IMG/VR virus record: IMGVR_UViG_3300050194_000017
Coordinates: 25,722 to 89,721 of that record
Strand: one strand, 5' to 3'
Source: a virus
DNA: 64,000 bases
The notes below the pieces were generated by a model. It ran no database searches. It worked only from the letters and a program-made list of their open reading frames with translations, and was not told the origin of the DNA. The first letter of the stretch is position 1, and the number at the start of each line of letters is the position of its first letter. The position numbers were made by a program, and so were the translations under genes. This document shows positions 51,576-61,838 of the stretch, piece after piece.

Positions 51576-52106
51576 ATGATTCAACTCAAGACTCAACAAG
51601 AACTTATCGATTTCTTGACAAACTTCAAGTCCACAAAGACTGCAACTATTGTTTCGAAGACTTCTTTGAAGATGAACAAGAAGGATATCGCAACAAAGAC
51701 GATCAAGAATCCTTATGAAAATATCTCGAAGGTTGCTCTGTTCGAAGCAGAAGTCAACTTCAATTACGAAGACAAGGTAAACGATGCTCTGCTTATGGAA
51801 GGCAAGCCACAAGAATTCGAAGCACAAGCTTCTAAGTGGGGAGAATATGTTTCGAAGTCTCTGACAAAGAAGGATGATACATATTACATCAAGCTCATTC
51901 CTCAGAAGTCTCTAACCAAGACGACATACGAAAACGAAGCTGGTGCAAGCATTGACTATGAAGAACTGAAGCCGTACACGCCTCAACCAAGTGGTACTGC
52001 TAGCGCAAATCAAAATCTGGAGAAGGCTGTTCCTTTCCGCACTTTCAAGCTGGAATCGATCATTCACTTCAAGATTCCAGATGTTGTTGAATACACTCAG
52101 GAGTAA
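51576..52106 (+). CDS. Hypothetical protein
   Basis: RBS GAAGGA; 176 aa. Confidence 0.75.
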   Translation: MIQLKTQQELIDFLTNFKSTKTATIVSKTSLKMNKKDIATKTIKNPYENISKVALFEAEVNFNYEDKVNDALLMEGKPQEFEAQASKWGEYVSKSLTKKDDTYYIKLIPQKSLTKTTYENEAGASIDYEELKPYTPQPSGTASANQNLEKAVPFRTFKLESIIHFKIPDVVEYTQE

Positions 52107-52110
52107 GAAA

Positions 52111-52473
52111 ATGTCAAACGACAAGAAAGAAACATTCGAAGAAACTGCTGGTATTCAAAATGAACTGATGACTTTTTGCGCAACAGGACAAGATACAGAA
52201 TCAAAGCTTCTCTTTCGTGCTGCTGTTGAACTGATTACTCTTCGTTTGGCTTTGGAACAGACACAAGAATATGCATTGAATACGATTCCTTCTTTGACTA
52301 TTGATTCCGATCGTTGGAAGAAAGTTGAATCAATCATTTCTGCGGAAACTATGTCTGGTGGAACTCAGCGATTTGTGTTCAATATGTTGCATCCAATTCC
52401 TGATACAGATATTATGCGAGGTTCTGTTTCGGAACATTTTCGTAATGCTGTTGATTCTTATCAGATTCGATGA
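52111..52473 (+). CDS. Hypothetical protein
   Basis: RBS AGGAG before ATG 52111. Confidence 0.65.
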   Translation: MSNDKKETFEETAGIQNELMTFCATGQDTESKLLFRAAVELITLRLALEQTQEYALNTIPSLTIDSDRWKKVESIISAETMSGGTQRFVFNMLHPIPDTDIMRGSVSEHFRNAVDSYQIR

Positions 52474-53243
52474 TATCAAGTCCATTACCATCTTTTGATG
52501 ATATGTATAAGAATGTATCATCAAAACTAACATATCCAGCAACTAAGATATCAATTCCATCTTTGCCAATTCTTCCATCTCCGATGATTCCAGGATTTAA
52601 GATTCCAAATTTTGAAATCGTACATTTTGTGTCCGAGTTACAAAGTCTACAAATACTGACAACATCATTGGCTATGATCTTTCCACTGGCTTCGTTTCTG
52701 AATCAAAACATCAATTCGATTATCCCAAAAATATCAGGATCTTCGATTGGTTTAGTAGAACTATTGAACGGAAATCCAGCAAGTTTAAAATCTTTGGCCA
52801 TACAAAATAGTTCGATTCCATATGTTCCTAATCAACTATACCAGAGCTTGAAAATTCCAGAGATCGATATTCTGCAAAAAATGTCAATTGCTGTCAAAGG
52901 ATATCTTATCTTGATTCCTTCTTTGATTTTTAGTCTGATCAGTCAAGTCACATCAAATCTACATATTTCAAACATACAAAGTCCACCTACAATCCCAGAT
53001 CAAACTACGATCATGAATGCTGTAAAGAACAAAAGTCAACTTTCAGGATTCCCAGGTATGCCAACATTTCCAACAAATTTATTTCCTTCTTTTGCTATGC
53101 CAGAGATAGAACTCATAGAAATGTATGGTATCGTTATGAACTATCTGACAACATATTGTTTAGGGCTTCTGATGACATTTTGCACTGGTGCGCTCAGTCA
53201 TTACATTGGATTTTCTTTTCCAATTCTTCCAATAAAAATCTAA
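52470..53243 (+). CDS. Pro/Ile/Ser-rich protein with three internal repeats
   Basis: P.LP.P...(F/L)KIP..E(I/L) units; few charged residues. Confidence 0.65.
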   Translation: MISSPLPSFDDMYKNVSSKLTYPATKISIPSLPILPSPMIPGFKIPNFEIVHFVSELQSLQILTTSLAMIFPLASFLNQNINSIIPKISGSSIGLVELLNGNPASLKSLAIQNSSIPYVPNQLYQSLKIPEIDILQKMSIAVKGYLILIPSLIFSLISQVTSNLHISNIQSPPTIPDQTTIMNAVKNKSQLSGFPGMPTFPTNLFPSFAMPEIELIEMYGIVMNYLTTYCLGLLMTFCTGALSHYIGFSFPILPIKI

Positions 53244-53245
53244 AA

Positions 53246-54544
53246 ATGAATCAAATTAAACGCATTGGAATTCTTGTTCTAGGCAGACATATTTCTAGTC
53301 TAGGTGGGATTGGATTCTATATCGATTCTTTCATTGCTGCATCAAAAGGTCGTTACATATGCGATATCATAGTCGATCGACCAATCAAGAAGACAGACAT
53401 CCCATTTCAAAATATCAAAGCCTGCGATATCATATGCTCGAATGAATCTGTTTCGTACGGGAAATCTTCGGAATTCTTCATGTTCTATGGTGAGAAATCA
53501 TTCTTTGAGCTAGGTATCAACATTATTGCTTCGATCAAAGAAGCATATAAGACTAGAATTTATGATTGTCTCTTTGTAAACAGCCATGAGATCGGAACTT
53601 ACATGGCGCATGTCGGTTTCAATGATTTTGTTCCGACTGTTGCATATACACATCATAACATATTTTATCGAGGATATCCAGAAAGCATCGATGAATGTGG
53701 AGCAATCAATCTTGGTCTTCTAGAATTGCCTCATATCACCCAAGCGCCAGGAAAAAGATTTGACTTTATCAAGGAACTGTATCATGTTCCGATGGTAACA
53801 TCTGAATACGATCTATTCGTAAAGACATATCCTAAGCCAGAACCGAACACTGTATTCTACAATGGAACATTTCGAGACATCAAGCGTCCCAAAGATTTCT
53901 TAGAGCTTTGCATCAAGTTCAAGAAGAAAGGGTTGATCATTACAAACAGCAAAGGCAAGGATTTCTTCGAAAAAGAATTCGCAAAAGCTGGTCTAGAATG
54001 TGAAATTAGAACTAGCATTTTTGGTCAAGAGAAGGTAGACTTTATATCAAGAGGCGAAGTGATGTTTCATCCTGCAAAGAACGAAATGATGAGTCTAGCT
54101 GTTCTTGAAGCATTGTTCTTTATGCCGGTCTTCGTGTATCAAGAGAATTGGGTTGATATGTGTCCACCCGGAATACTTACTGTTTTGGATAACATGGATC
54201 ACTTTGAGTTCAGAAAACCAGAAGTGATGGATCGACGAGCATGGGTTACATCATATTTTGATCCAGAATGGAATATGAAATTGTTCGACGATGTGCTGCT
54301 TGATTTAGATCGATTGACACCAAAAACAACATCTTCAACTTTGCAAGATGTTCAGACAGAAATTGAAAATTTTGGTGGAGTTTCTGTTGAAAATTATTGG
54401 GGAAAAATCAAGAACAGATCAAGCATTACGCTGGCTGATCTTGTTACGTTCTATAAAATTTCAAAGAATGTGAAAGTTACACATACCGAACACGAATCAT
54501 TCTTTGGAGATCAAGTCAAAACAGGATTGGATTCTTTATTTTGA
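53246..54544 (+). CDS. GT-B (GT4-like) glycosyltransferase with C-terminal extension
   Basis: SSLGGIG, AYTHH, KRP, FHPAKNEMMSLAVLEAL. Confidence 0.7.
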   Translation: MNQIKRIGILVLGRHISSLGGIGFYIDSFIAASKGRYICDIIVDRPIKKTDIPFQNIKACDIICSNESVSYGKSSEFFMFYGEKSFFELGINIIASIKEAYKTRIYDCLFVNSHEIGTYMAHVGFNDFVPTVAYTHHNIFYRGYPESIDECGAINLGLLELPHITQAPGKRFDFIKELYHVPMVTSEYDLFVKTYPKPEPNTVFYNGTFRDIKRPKDFLELCIKFKKKGLIITNSKGKDFFEKEFAKAGLECEIRTSIFGQEKVDFISRGEVMFHPAKNEMMSLAVLEALFFMPVFVYQENWVDMCPPGILTVLDNMDHFEFRKPEVMDRRAWVTSYFDPEWNMKLFDDVLLDLDRLTPKTTSSTLQDVQTEIENFGGVSVENYWGKIKNRSSITLADLVTFYKISKNVKVTHTEHESFFGDQVKTGLDSLF

Positions 54545-54690
54545 TGGATATCTGCTAGAGTCATTCAAATAAATCATACAAAGACAAAGGGTCTTTCATT
54601 AGATTTCTTTGTCTTTTCTTTCATCTAATGTATAATCACTTTATTGGTTAGGTTGTTAAACATTTTAATTTTGATATTGAAGGATACGAT

Positions 54691-55716
54691 ATGCGCCAAC
54701 AAACTCTTTCCCAGATGATTACTTTGATCGCAGCTCTGCGTGATATGTTCAAGAAGGATGTTGTTACTACCATCGAAGTACAGAGCTTCCGTGGCAATCG
54801 CCCAGATGTATATATCCCTAACGCGTTCTGGCATATTTGCCGCGCAGAACGTGGCACAGCAGATATGAAGAAGTTTGACTCGTTCTTGAAGGCAAATGGA
54901 CAAGCGATCGAATCGTCTGTTACTGATGTTCAGATCGCAGTCGAAGAAATCATCAAGATTGAAGAAACAGATGAAGAAATCGAAGCTCGTATCAATCTGC
55001 GATTTGATGTGATGGACATGATGGCACGTGCTGCAGTCCAAGGCGATTGCCGTTCGATGATTGTGTCTGGTTCTGCTGGCATTGGTAAGTCGTTTACTGT
55101 GTTGTCTTCTGCATCCGAGTTGCCTGAAGAACGTTGCTCGATCCTGAAGGGTAAAATTACTCCAACAGGCTTGTTCCGTACTCTTTGGAAGCATCGTTTT
55201 AATAACCATCTGATTGTAATGGACGATGCTGATAGCGTTTTTGACAACGAGACATCTTTGAACTTCTTGAAGGCTGCTTGTGATTCTTCTGACGAACGGT
55301 TCATTACTTGGGCTTCGAATGCTCAGCAAATTGACGAAGACGGTGATGAAATTCCAACTACATTTGAATTCCGTGGTGCTTTGGTGTTCATCACCAATAA
55401 GGATTTCAAGGCAGAAATTGCTCGCGAAACTCGTTTGTCTGTTCACTTTGAAGCAATGATTAGCCGTTCGCATTACATCGATTTGGCTATCAAGACTGAA
55501 CGCGAATACATGGTGCGTATTCGTTCTGTTGTCTACAAGTCTGGTATGCTTGATGAATATGGTGATCGTATGCGCGATGAAATTGTCCAGTTCATCGACA
55601 TGAACAAGACTTCTATGTCCGAACTGAGCCTGCGTATTGTGAAGAAGATTGCAGACCTGACCCGTATCTCTCCTGACAACTGGCGTCAGATTGCTTCTGT
55701 AACTTGCATGAAGTAA
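54691..55716 (+). CDS. AAA+ ATPase with small N-terminal domain
   Basis: SGSAGIGKS, VMDDADSV, FITN, SRSHYID. Confidence 0.8.
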   Translation: MRQQTLSQMITLIAALRDMFKKDVVTTIEVQSFRGNRPDVYIPNAFWHICRAERGTADMKKFDSFLKANGQAIESSVTDVQIAVEEIIKIEETDEEIEARINLRFDVMDMMARAAVQGDCRSMIVSGSAGIGKSFTVLSSASELPEERCSILKGKITPTGLFRTLWKHRFNNHLIVMDDADSVFDNETSLNFLKAACDSSDERFITWASNAQQIDEDGDEIPTTFEFRGALVFITNKDFKAEIARETRLSVHFEAMISRSHYIDLAIKTEREYMVRIRSVVYKSGMLDEYGDRMRDEIVQFIDMNKTSMSELSLRIVKKIADLTRISPDNWRQIASVTCMK

Positions 55717-55779
55717 AGGAGACTTGACGGATATGATTCCGTCAAGTATAATCAAATTTTTTATAATGAACTGTCAATT

Positions 55780-56178
55780 ATGCAAAAAATTTACAGAGTT
55801 GAATGTGAAGAAGGCAAAGGTCCGTTTGTAAGATATAACGAAGCTTTAAGCGATCATCCAAACTGGAATGAGTTGTATTACAACAATCAAACAACTCATC
55901 CAACTCCAAAAAACGACGAACTACTCAAGGCAATTTGGGGAGAATGTCGAAGAGATAGTTTGAATTCTTGGATCTTCGGATTTGAATCAATGGCAAGTCT
56001 AGATCGTTGGTTTGATGTTGATGCACATGTCCATGCTTTGAGTGTGTCTGGCTTCAGTATTTCTGTCTACGAAGTTGAACATAGATGGTATCATATCGGA
56101 GAAAGACAAGTGATTTTTGTCAAAAATTACAGCAGAAAAATTCAGCAAATCAGTCTTTTGACTTTACTTTCAGAATAA
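55780..56178 (+). CDS. Hypothetical protein
   Basis: IYRVE...GP...HP.P..D...FGFES..L..WF pattern. Confidence 0.7.
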   Translation: MQKIYRVECEEGKGPFVRYNEALSDHPNWNELYYNNQTTHPTPKNDELLKAIWGECRRDSLNSWIFGFESMASLDRWFDVDAHVHALSVSGFSISVYEVEHRWYHIGERQVIFVKNYSRKIQQISLLTLLSE

Positions 56179-56184
56179 GTTCTC

Positions 56185-56589
56185 GTATAATCCATTTATT
56201 GAAACACACTGGAGAACATTATGGGCTATCGTACTGTTGTTATCTTGAGCAATGATCAAATGCATGAATGGGAAAATGATCCAATGCTTGGCACAAAGAT
56301 TGCTAATGCTTCTGGCAAATTCCTCACATTTCACGATTGTAAGAATTTCCAATATGGTTCTATCGTAGAAACAGTTCATGCTGATCGTCAAAGTCTTGTT
56401 GTTCTGGATTCTTTGTCTTCGGATAAGATTACTTTTGATAATTGGTCTCGTTTTGATACCAAGGAAAGCGTTCGCCTGAAGTTGCTCCAACGTGCGGCAG
56501 AAGAACTTGGATATAAACTCGTAAAGAATTGACATTTCATCGAAGTTCTTGTATAATCCATTTATTGAAACACATTGGAGAACATTATG
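56185..56589 (+). repeat. Two near-identical 39-nt promoter/RBS cassettes (56185-56223 and 56551-56589)
   Basis: GTATAATCCATTTATTGAAACACA(C/T)TGGAGAACATTATG. Confidence 0.85.
56221..56532 (+). CDS. Hypothetical protein
   Basis: MGYRTVVILSND; own promoter cassette. Confidence 0.7.
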   Translation: MGYRTVVILSNDQMHEWENDPMLGTKIANASGKFLTFHDCKNFQYGSIVETVHADRQSLVVLDSLSSDKITFDNWSRFDTKESVRLKLLQRAAEELGYKLVKN

Positions 56590-56907
56590 AGCAAGTTTAA
56601 AGTTGGAGATCGTGTTCGTGTTGTTAACATCTCTTCTAGCGCAAGTGCCGCTTTGCAGTCTATGAGAGGGACTGAAGGAGTCATCGAAGCCATTCGATCA
56701 GCAGGAGTTTGCACGATCAAAGGTCGAGTCTTCTATGAAGAAGAACTTCAGTTGATCACAGATGTAAAGACTGAATATTGCATTGCTCTGCATACATCTA
56801 ATGGTGATGTTCGAACATGTTATCCATTCTCGATGGAAAAAGAAGTTTTCGACTTGATGAAATTTTATCGAGAATCAGGTAAGAATTTTACTGTAACAAT
56901 CGAGTGA
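56587..56907 (+). CDS. Hypothetical protein with an N-terminal SH3/KOW-like domain
   Basis: FKVGDRVRV...G.I...ELQL. Confidence 0.7.
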   Translation: MSKFKVGDRVRVVNISSSASAALQSMRGTEGVIEAIRSAGVCTIKGRVFYEEELQLITDVKTEYCIALHTSNGDVRTCYPFSMEKEVFDLMKFYRESGKNFTVTIE

Positions 56908-56937
56908 CACTCGATAACAATTGAAAAAGGAAATATC

Positions 56938-57696
56938 ATGAATCAGAATGTTGAAAAGTATTTGAAATATGGTCTGGGTGCTGCAGCAATTGGCGTAGGT
57001 GGCTTTGCTGCGTTATTCCTTATCAAGAGCATTATTGCGCTGGCGATTGTTGGTTTTGGTGGGCTTGCCATTGTGAACTTTCTTCCTGTGTTTGCTCAGT
57101 GGGCAGCACAAATGAAGATCAAGGCCATCAAGTTCAATTCTTCTCGAAATCCGGTTGAAGATCTTCAGCTGCTGTATGCAAAGAAGACACAAGAACTCAC
57201 AAAGTCTGCAGAAGCAATTGCTCAGTTTTCCACTGAAGTGAAAGATTATCGAGACAAGTTGAATGAATTCAAGCAGCGACGTCCGCAAAAGGCAGTTGAA
57301 TTCCAAGATACATATGACAAGATGAATCATGTTCTATCTGTTCGAACTGCAAAGTTGAAGCAAGCAAAGGAAAAGCTTGGTGAGTTCAACCAGATCATTG
57401 TCGAGGCGCAAGATATCTGGGATATGACTCAAGCTGCAATGAAGGCCAATCGAGCAATGAAGAAGTTCGATAACATTGATCCGATGGATGAGATTCGACA
57501 GAAGACTGCTCTGGATTCCGTAACATCTTCTTTGAATGAAGTTATGGCTGATCTTGAAACATCGATGGCACTTGATTACAATGACATGACGTTCAACAGC
57601 CCACCTGCTTTGACGAATAATTCTTCCCAGGTCATTGACATCCAAGCGCGTACTGTTGTATCATCGACGCCTAGCAACGTTAAAGTTATCCGATAA
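56938..57696 (+). CDS. Membrane-anchored coiled-coil protein (PspA/IM30-like)
   Basis: Two N-terminal transmembrane helices followed by a long coiled coil. Confidence 0.65.
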   Translation: MNQNVEKYLKYGLGAAAIGVGGFAALFLIKSIIALAIVGFGGLAIVNFLPVFAQWAAQMKIKAIKFNSSRNPVEDLQLLYAKKTQELTKSAEAIAQFSTEVKDYRDKLNEFKQRRPQKAVEFQDTYDKMNHVLSVRTAKLKQAKEKLGEFNQIIVEAQDIWDMTQAAMKANRAMKKFDNIDPMDEIRQKTALDSVTSSLNEVMADLETSMALDYNDMTFNSPPALTNNSSQVIDIQARTVVSSTPSNVKVIR

Positions 57697-57706
57697 GGAG
57701 TAAATC

Positions 57707-57859
57707 ATGTATCGCATTGTAATGAGTATTTTGTTTATTGTTGTTCTTGCTGGTGGTTATTTCGTTGCCAATGGTGGTTTTAACGAATCTCCGGTAAAGG
57801 AATCACAAGTTCCTCAACAAAGTCCTCCTCCATCTGGTTCTACGTTCAACGGTCTGTAA
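57707..57859 (+). CDS. Small membrane-anchored peptide (not in ORF track)
   Basis: RBS AAGGAG; N-terminal transmembrane helix, Pro-rich tail. Confidence 0.6.
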   Translation: MYRIVMSILFIVVLAGGYFVANGGFNESPVKESQVPQQSPPPSGSTFNGL

Positions 57860-57890
57860 GAAATCTTAATCAACTGAAAAGGAAATTATC

Positions 57891-58814
57891 ATGAAGAATA
57901 TGAATAGCATTTTTAAGAAGTTCGCTGCCATGGCTATTTTGGCTGTTGCATCTATCGCTAACGCACAAAGTCTGCCTCCGCTGAAAATTGCAACAGGTAC
58001 TTCTGGCAAGGGCTACTCTGCTCTGTTTGCAAATATCAAAGCTGTATGTGGCTCTACTGTTCCTTTGTCGGAATATATCACAGCCGGAGGTCTGGATAAT
58101 TTGATGGCATTGAGTGCTAATCATGCTGACCTGGGCATTGCTCAGATTGACACTTTGCTGACAATGCGAACAGGCGATGAAAACATCGGTGCTCTACAGC
58201 AAGTCATTGCTCTGAACAACAATTTCCTCCATGTATTCGCGGCTACAAATGGTTCTCGAATTGCCGGTGCCAAGAAGTGGGGCGGGATTACATCCGAACC
58301 AGATCAAGTTGTTTACATCCGGAACTTCTCCCAATTGCGTGGTCGTCGTGTTGCTCTAGTTGGTTCTGCCCAGTTGCTTGGTCGTAAACTGGATAAGCAA
58401 CTTGGATACAATATGCAGATCTCTGATTTTGACACAGATGCCAAAGCAATTGCAGCTCTGAAGACTGGTCAAATTGATGCTATGATGTCTGTAACTGGCT
58501 GGCCTGCTGCTGTTTTCGAAAAGCTGAAGCCAGAAGATGGCGCGACGATGGTTAATTTTGATGTTCCATCGAGCGCTCCTTTTATTGTGAAGGCTATCAC
58601 GTATCGTAACATCGGTGTCTACAATGCCCAAGCACTTGCTAGTCGTAATGTGTTGATCACACGTCCGTTTAAGGGCGCCAAGGCTAAGTCTGTTGCTGCT
58701 CTGAAGAAGTGTATTGTTGATAATCTCCTAGATCTGCAAGAAGGCGAATATGAGCCAGCTTGGAAGGAAGTGAAGACTATTGATCAAAACTTTGGTGTTG
58801 ATCTGTTCAAGTAA
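57891..58814 (+). CDS. TAXI/TRAP-type periplasmic solute-binding protein
   Basis: Signal peptide; IATGTSGKGY, GGLDNL..L, DLGIAQ.D, G.IDA..V.G.P. Confidence 0.72.
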   Translation: MKNMNSIFKKFAAMAILAVASIANAQSLPPLKIATGTSGKGYSALFANIKAVCGSTVPLSEYITAGGLDNLMALSANHADLGIAQIDTLLTMRTGDENIGALQQVIALNNNFLHVFAATNGSRIAGAKKWGGITSEPDQVVYIRNFSQLRGRRVALVGSAQLLGRKLDKQLGYNMQISDFDTDAKAIAALKTGQIDAMMSVTGWPAAVFEKLKPEDGATMVNFDVPSSAPFIVKAITYRNIGVYNAQALASRNVLITRPFKGAKAKSVAALKKCIVDNLLDLQEGEYEPAWKEVKTIDQNFGVDLFK

Positions 58815-58908
58815 GATGTAACGGTTTAAAAGAATGGCTTGGAGGTCTTTACTTCCAAGCCATTTCCTCATATAATTATGATATTGCGAAACATATTGGA
58901 GAAACATT

Positions 58909-59199
58909 ATGAGTGATTATTTTGATCAAAATGGTAATCGACTTCATGTAGGTGATACAATTATTTACATCAACCCTGGAAATTCTGATCACAATGATAT
59001 CGGAGTGATTGAAGAATTATACGAAAATTTTGATTCCGACAAAATAGTCAAAGCAAGGTGGACAAAGACTGATAATGTTCAAACATGCAATGTCAGCTAT
59101 GTTCGATTGAAAAACATGCGAATTGATTCGGTCGAATCAGCAATCGAATTCTTGACATCCAAAGGCTACGCAGTTACAATCACCAAAACATCGAACTAA
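58909..59199 (+). CDS. Hypothetical protein
   Basis: FDQNGNRLHVGDTI SH3-like start. Confidence 0.65.
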   Translation: MSDYFDQNGNRLHVGDTIIYINPGNSDHNDIGVIEELYENFDSDKIVKARWTKTDNVQTCNVSYVRLKNMRIDSVESAIEFLTSKGYAVTITKTSN

Positions 59200-59211
59200 G
59201 AAGGAATCATC

Positions 59212-60195
59212 ATGGAAAAATTTGGATCTATTGAACAATTCAAGAATATCATCAAGCAAGTGCGAGATCAATCTAACTGGAATGGTACTCCTCTTCCAAC
59301 TCTGGAATTCATCGGCACTGTCAAGCTGCATGGAACGAATGCCAATGTTGTATTTGATGAAGATGGCTCTCATACATTTCAAAGTCGTGATCGCGAGCTG
59401 ACCCTCGAATCAGACAATGCTGGGTTTGCTATGTGGGGAGAACGAAATATCGAGGCTCTTCGTAAATCTTTGGTTTTTGCATCTGCAATTCTCGAAGGTA
59501 GCAAGAAGATCATCATCTTCGGTGAATGGTGCGGCGGTTCTATTCAGAAGGGCGTTGCTCTAAATCAACTCGAAAAGATGTTCGTGATTTTCAACATCAC
59601 TGGCGTTGATGAAGACGGTAAACGTAACGAACTGACTCCTCATGAAATCAAAGCAACTGTTCATCGAACCGATGATATCCGTTGCATCTATGATTTCGAT
59701 GTATGGAACATTTCAATCGATTTCTCGAAGCCAGAAGAAATTCAAAATCATCTAGTTGAATTGACCATCGCAGTTGAAGAAGAATGTCCTGTTGGCAAAG
59801 CATTTGGTGTTTCTGGTGTTGGCGAAGGAATCGTCTGGTGGAATCATGAAAAGAACTTGAAATTCAAGGTGAAAGGTGAAAAGCATAGTTCGTCGAAAGT
59901 AAAGACTCTCAAGGAAATCGCAGCTGTTGATATTGAAAAGCTGAATTCGATCAAAGAACTTGTTGATCAAGCTGTTACAGAAAATCGACTCAATCAAGGC
60001 ATTGACAAGCTCGGTGAAATGAGTTTGGAGATTGATATCAAGAACACTGGCGCTTATATCAAATGGGTTGTCGGTGATGTAATAAAGGAAGAAAAGGATA
60101 CGATCATTGCTTCTGGCTTCGATGTCAAAGAGATCATGCCACATGTTTCAGAAAAAGCCAAGAAATTTTGGATGAACTACTTGAACACGCATTGA
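59212..60195 (+). CDS. RNA ligase, Rnl2 family
   Basis: TVKLHGTNA, QSR, FGEWCGGSIQK, GEGIVW, KVKGEKH. Confidence 0.88.
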   Translation: MEKFGSIEQFKNIIKQVRDQSNWNGTPLPTLEFIGTVKLHGTNANVVFDEDGSHTFQSRDRELTLESDNAGFAMWGERNIEALRKSLVFASAILEGSKKIIIFGEWCGGSIQKGVALNQLEKMFVIFNITGVDEDGKRNELTPHEIKATVHRTDDIRCIYDFDVWNISIDFSKPEEIQNHLVELTIAVEEECPVGKAFGVSGVGEGIVWWNHEKNLKFKVKGEKHSSSKVKTLKEIAAVDIEKLNSIKELVDQAVTENRLNQGIDKLGEMSLEIDIKNTGAYIKWVVGDVIKEEKDTIIASGFDVKEIMPHVSEKAKKFWMNYLNTH

Positions 60196-60237
60196 AATTG
60201 TCGTATAATTGATTTATTGGAAACAAGGAGATCAATT

Positions 60238-60501
60238 ATGACAAAACTTACCAAACTTCAAAACGGTTACTCTGTTGATCTCAGCACTGCTAGGATCGAA
60301 AAGAAGCCACATTTTTCCAGTGATTATCTGGAACGATACGGTAAGGCCGATGAAATCATGGTCATGATGTTTGCAGATGCTGTTGAACCTTCTGGTCGTC
60401 GTTGGCCTTGTTTGATTAATGTGTTTACTGGTGCTCCTTCTAGCGAAAAGAAGATCATTGCTCGTTTGAATTCTGATCTTCGTAAACTTAAATCTCAATG
60501 A
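60238..60501 (+). CDS. Hypothetical protein
   Basis: Promoter-leader variant with RBS AAGGAG. Confidence 0.65.
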   Translation: MTKLTKLQNGYSVDLSTARIEKKPHFSSDYLERYGKADEIMVMMFADAVEPSGRRWPCLINVFTGAPSSEKKIIARLNSDLRKLKSQ

Positions 60502-60836
60502 AAGAAAATATTATGACTCAGTTGAAAATCTCAGAAATCTTCCATCAAGCAGCAGATATACATCTCTATCATTTGCCAGAATATTTTGGAGGGTTTATTT
60601 CGTCAGACATCGGATATCGTTCAGAATTTTCTTGCGATGCTCTGAATGCTGTATTTGAAAGGAATGAAATTGATCGAGAGTTGATTGATGAAATTCATGC
60701 AGGAATGTATAATCTAGGTTTTAATGCGCACTACTTGGATTCTTTAGATACGTTCAAAGATGTGAAAGATTCTCAAGGTGCTCGCTACATGTGGCTCAAG
60801 CTATGTGCAATGCTTGCTGAAGAACAAGGTCTTTGA
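60498..60836 (+). CDS. Hypothetical protein
   Basis: SCDAL...QGARYMWL motif. Confidence 0.65.
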   Translation: MKENIMTQLKISEIFHQAADIHLYHLPEYFGGFISSDIGYRSEFSCDALNAVFERNEIDRELIDEIHAGMYNLGFNAHYLDSLDTFKDVKDSQGARYMWLKLCAMLAEEQGL

Positions 60837-60854
60837 TTTTAAAAAGGAATTATT

Positions 60855-61016
60855 ATGAATGACCAGCAATTGAAAGAACTCCAAGAACGCAACGCTCAAC
60901 GACTCCAAGCTGCGAAAGAAGCTCTTGGTCCGAAGTACCTCTTGCACAAGGACAATCAAGTCAAGCGAATCAAGAAGAAAGCAAAGAAGAAAATCCAACA
61001 AGGAGCTGTTCTTTGA
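60855..61016 (+). CDS. Small basic hypothetical protein (not in ORF track)
   Basis: RBS AAGGA; 53 aa. Confidence 0.6.
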   Translation: MNDQQLKELQERNAQRLQAAKEALGPKYLLHKDNQVKRIKKKAKKKIQQGAVL

Positions 61017-61456
61017 AACATAAAATCAAAGACATCGTTTCAGGTTTGACTAAAATCGAACTGGAAATGGATAAGAAAGATTCTTATCTTTATCCAAATC
61101 TTCTGACAATGGAGTTTACATATGCATGCATCAAGTCAGAAGAAATATATGGTGCGCTTGACTTTTTGGAGAAAGCTTCAAAAGATCAAACTGTGTTTGC
61201 TGTTGAAAATGATATCAAGGCAAATGTCTATCGTGTACAATTCAATCCAGATCATGTCGGAGAAGTGTTCAAGACACTAAAGCGGCATCAGCATCGAGGT
61301 TTGCTTGATCCAGATTTCAAAACTCGAGAGATGTATTGCTCTTCGATAGATGAGTCAAAGAAAGTTATTCAAATTGTACTTGCTCTCTGTAGCTACAACA
61401 TGTATTCTGGATATGCTTATGATTACACTACACAAAATCTAACAATTTTTACATAA
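61013..61456 (+). CDS. Hypothetical protein
   Basis: 147-aa ORF. Confidence 0.6.
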   Translation: MKHKIKDIVSGLTKIELEMDKKDSYLYPNLLTMEFTYACIKSEEIYGALDFLEKASKDQTVFAVENDIKANVYRVQFNPDHVGEVFKTLKRHQHRGLLDPDFKTREMYCSSIDESKKVIQIVLALCSYNMYSGYAYDYTTQNLTIFT

Positions 61457-61467
61457 GAAAGTCTTTG

Positions 61468-61593
61468 ATGAAAAAAGTTCTAATGATTCTCACGGTGATC
61501 GTTTCAGGCTATTTTCTATATCTGTCTGTCAGGTCGAGAATTGAAATCGAAGAACGAATCAATCAAGGATCTATTATTGGGAATCCGCTATGA
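61468..61593 (+). CDS. Small membrane peptide (not in ORF track)
   Basis: MKKVLMILTVIVSGYFLYL; stop overlaps the next start. Confidence 0.45.
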   Translation: MKKVLMILTVIVSGYFLYLSVRSRIEIEERINQGSIIGNPL

Positions 61594-61838
61594 ATGAAAT
61601 CAGAACTCCTCCTTGCGTTGAATGCAAGCATTTTATCAATAGTTATACTAGTCCAAGGTTTGGTCGTTGTAAGATATCAATTCTTTACAGAAGGACAGAG
61701 CAATACAACAGAGTAACAGGAAAAGTTGATAAAACTAATGAATTATACAATTATTGCTGTCATATTCGTAAAGATGAGTGCGAAAGCTTCGAACAAAAAC
61801 CAACATTCATGGAAAAGGTGATCCAATGGCTCAAGTAA
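61590..61838 (+). CDS. Cys-rich hypothetical protein, paralog of 62634-62864
   Basis: CVECKH...C...VTGK...C...FEQKPTF. Confidence 0.65.
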   Translation: MNEIRTPPCVECKHFINSYTSPRFGRCKISILYRRTEQYNRVTGKVDKTNELYNYCCHIRKDECESFEQKPTFMEKVIQWLK

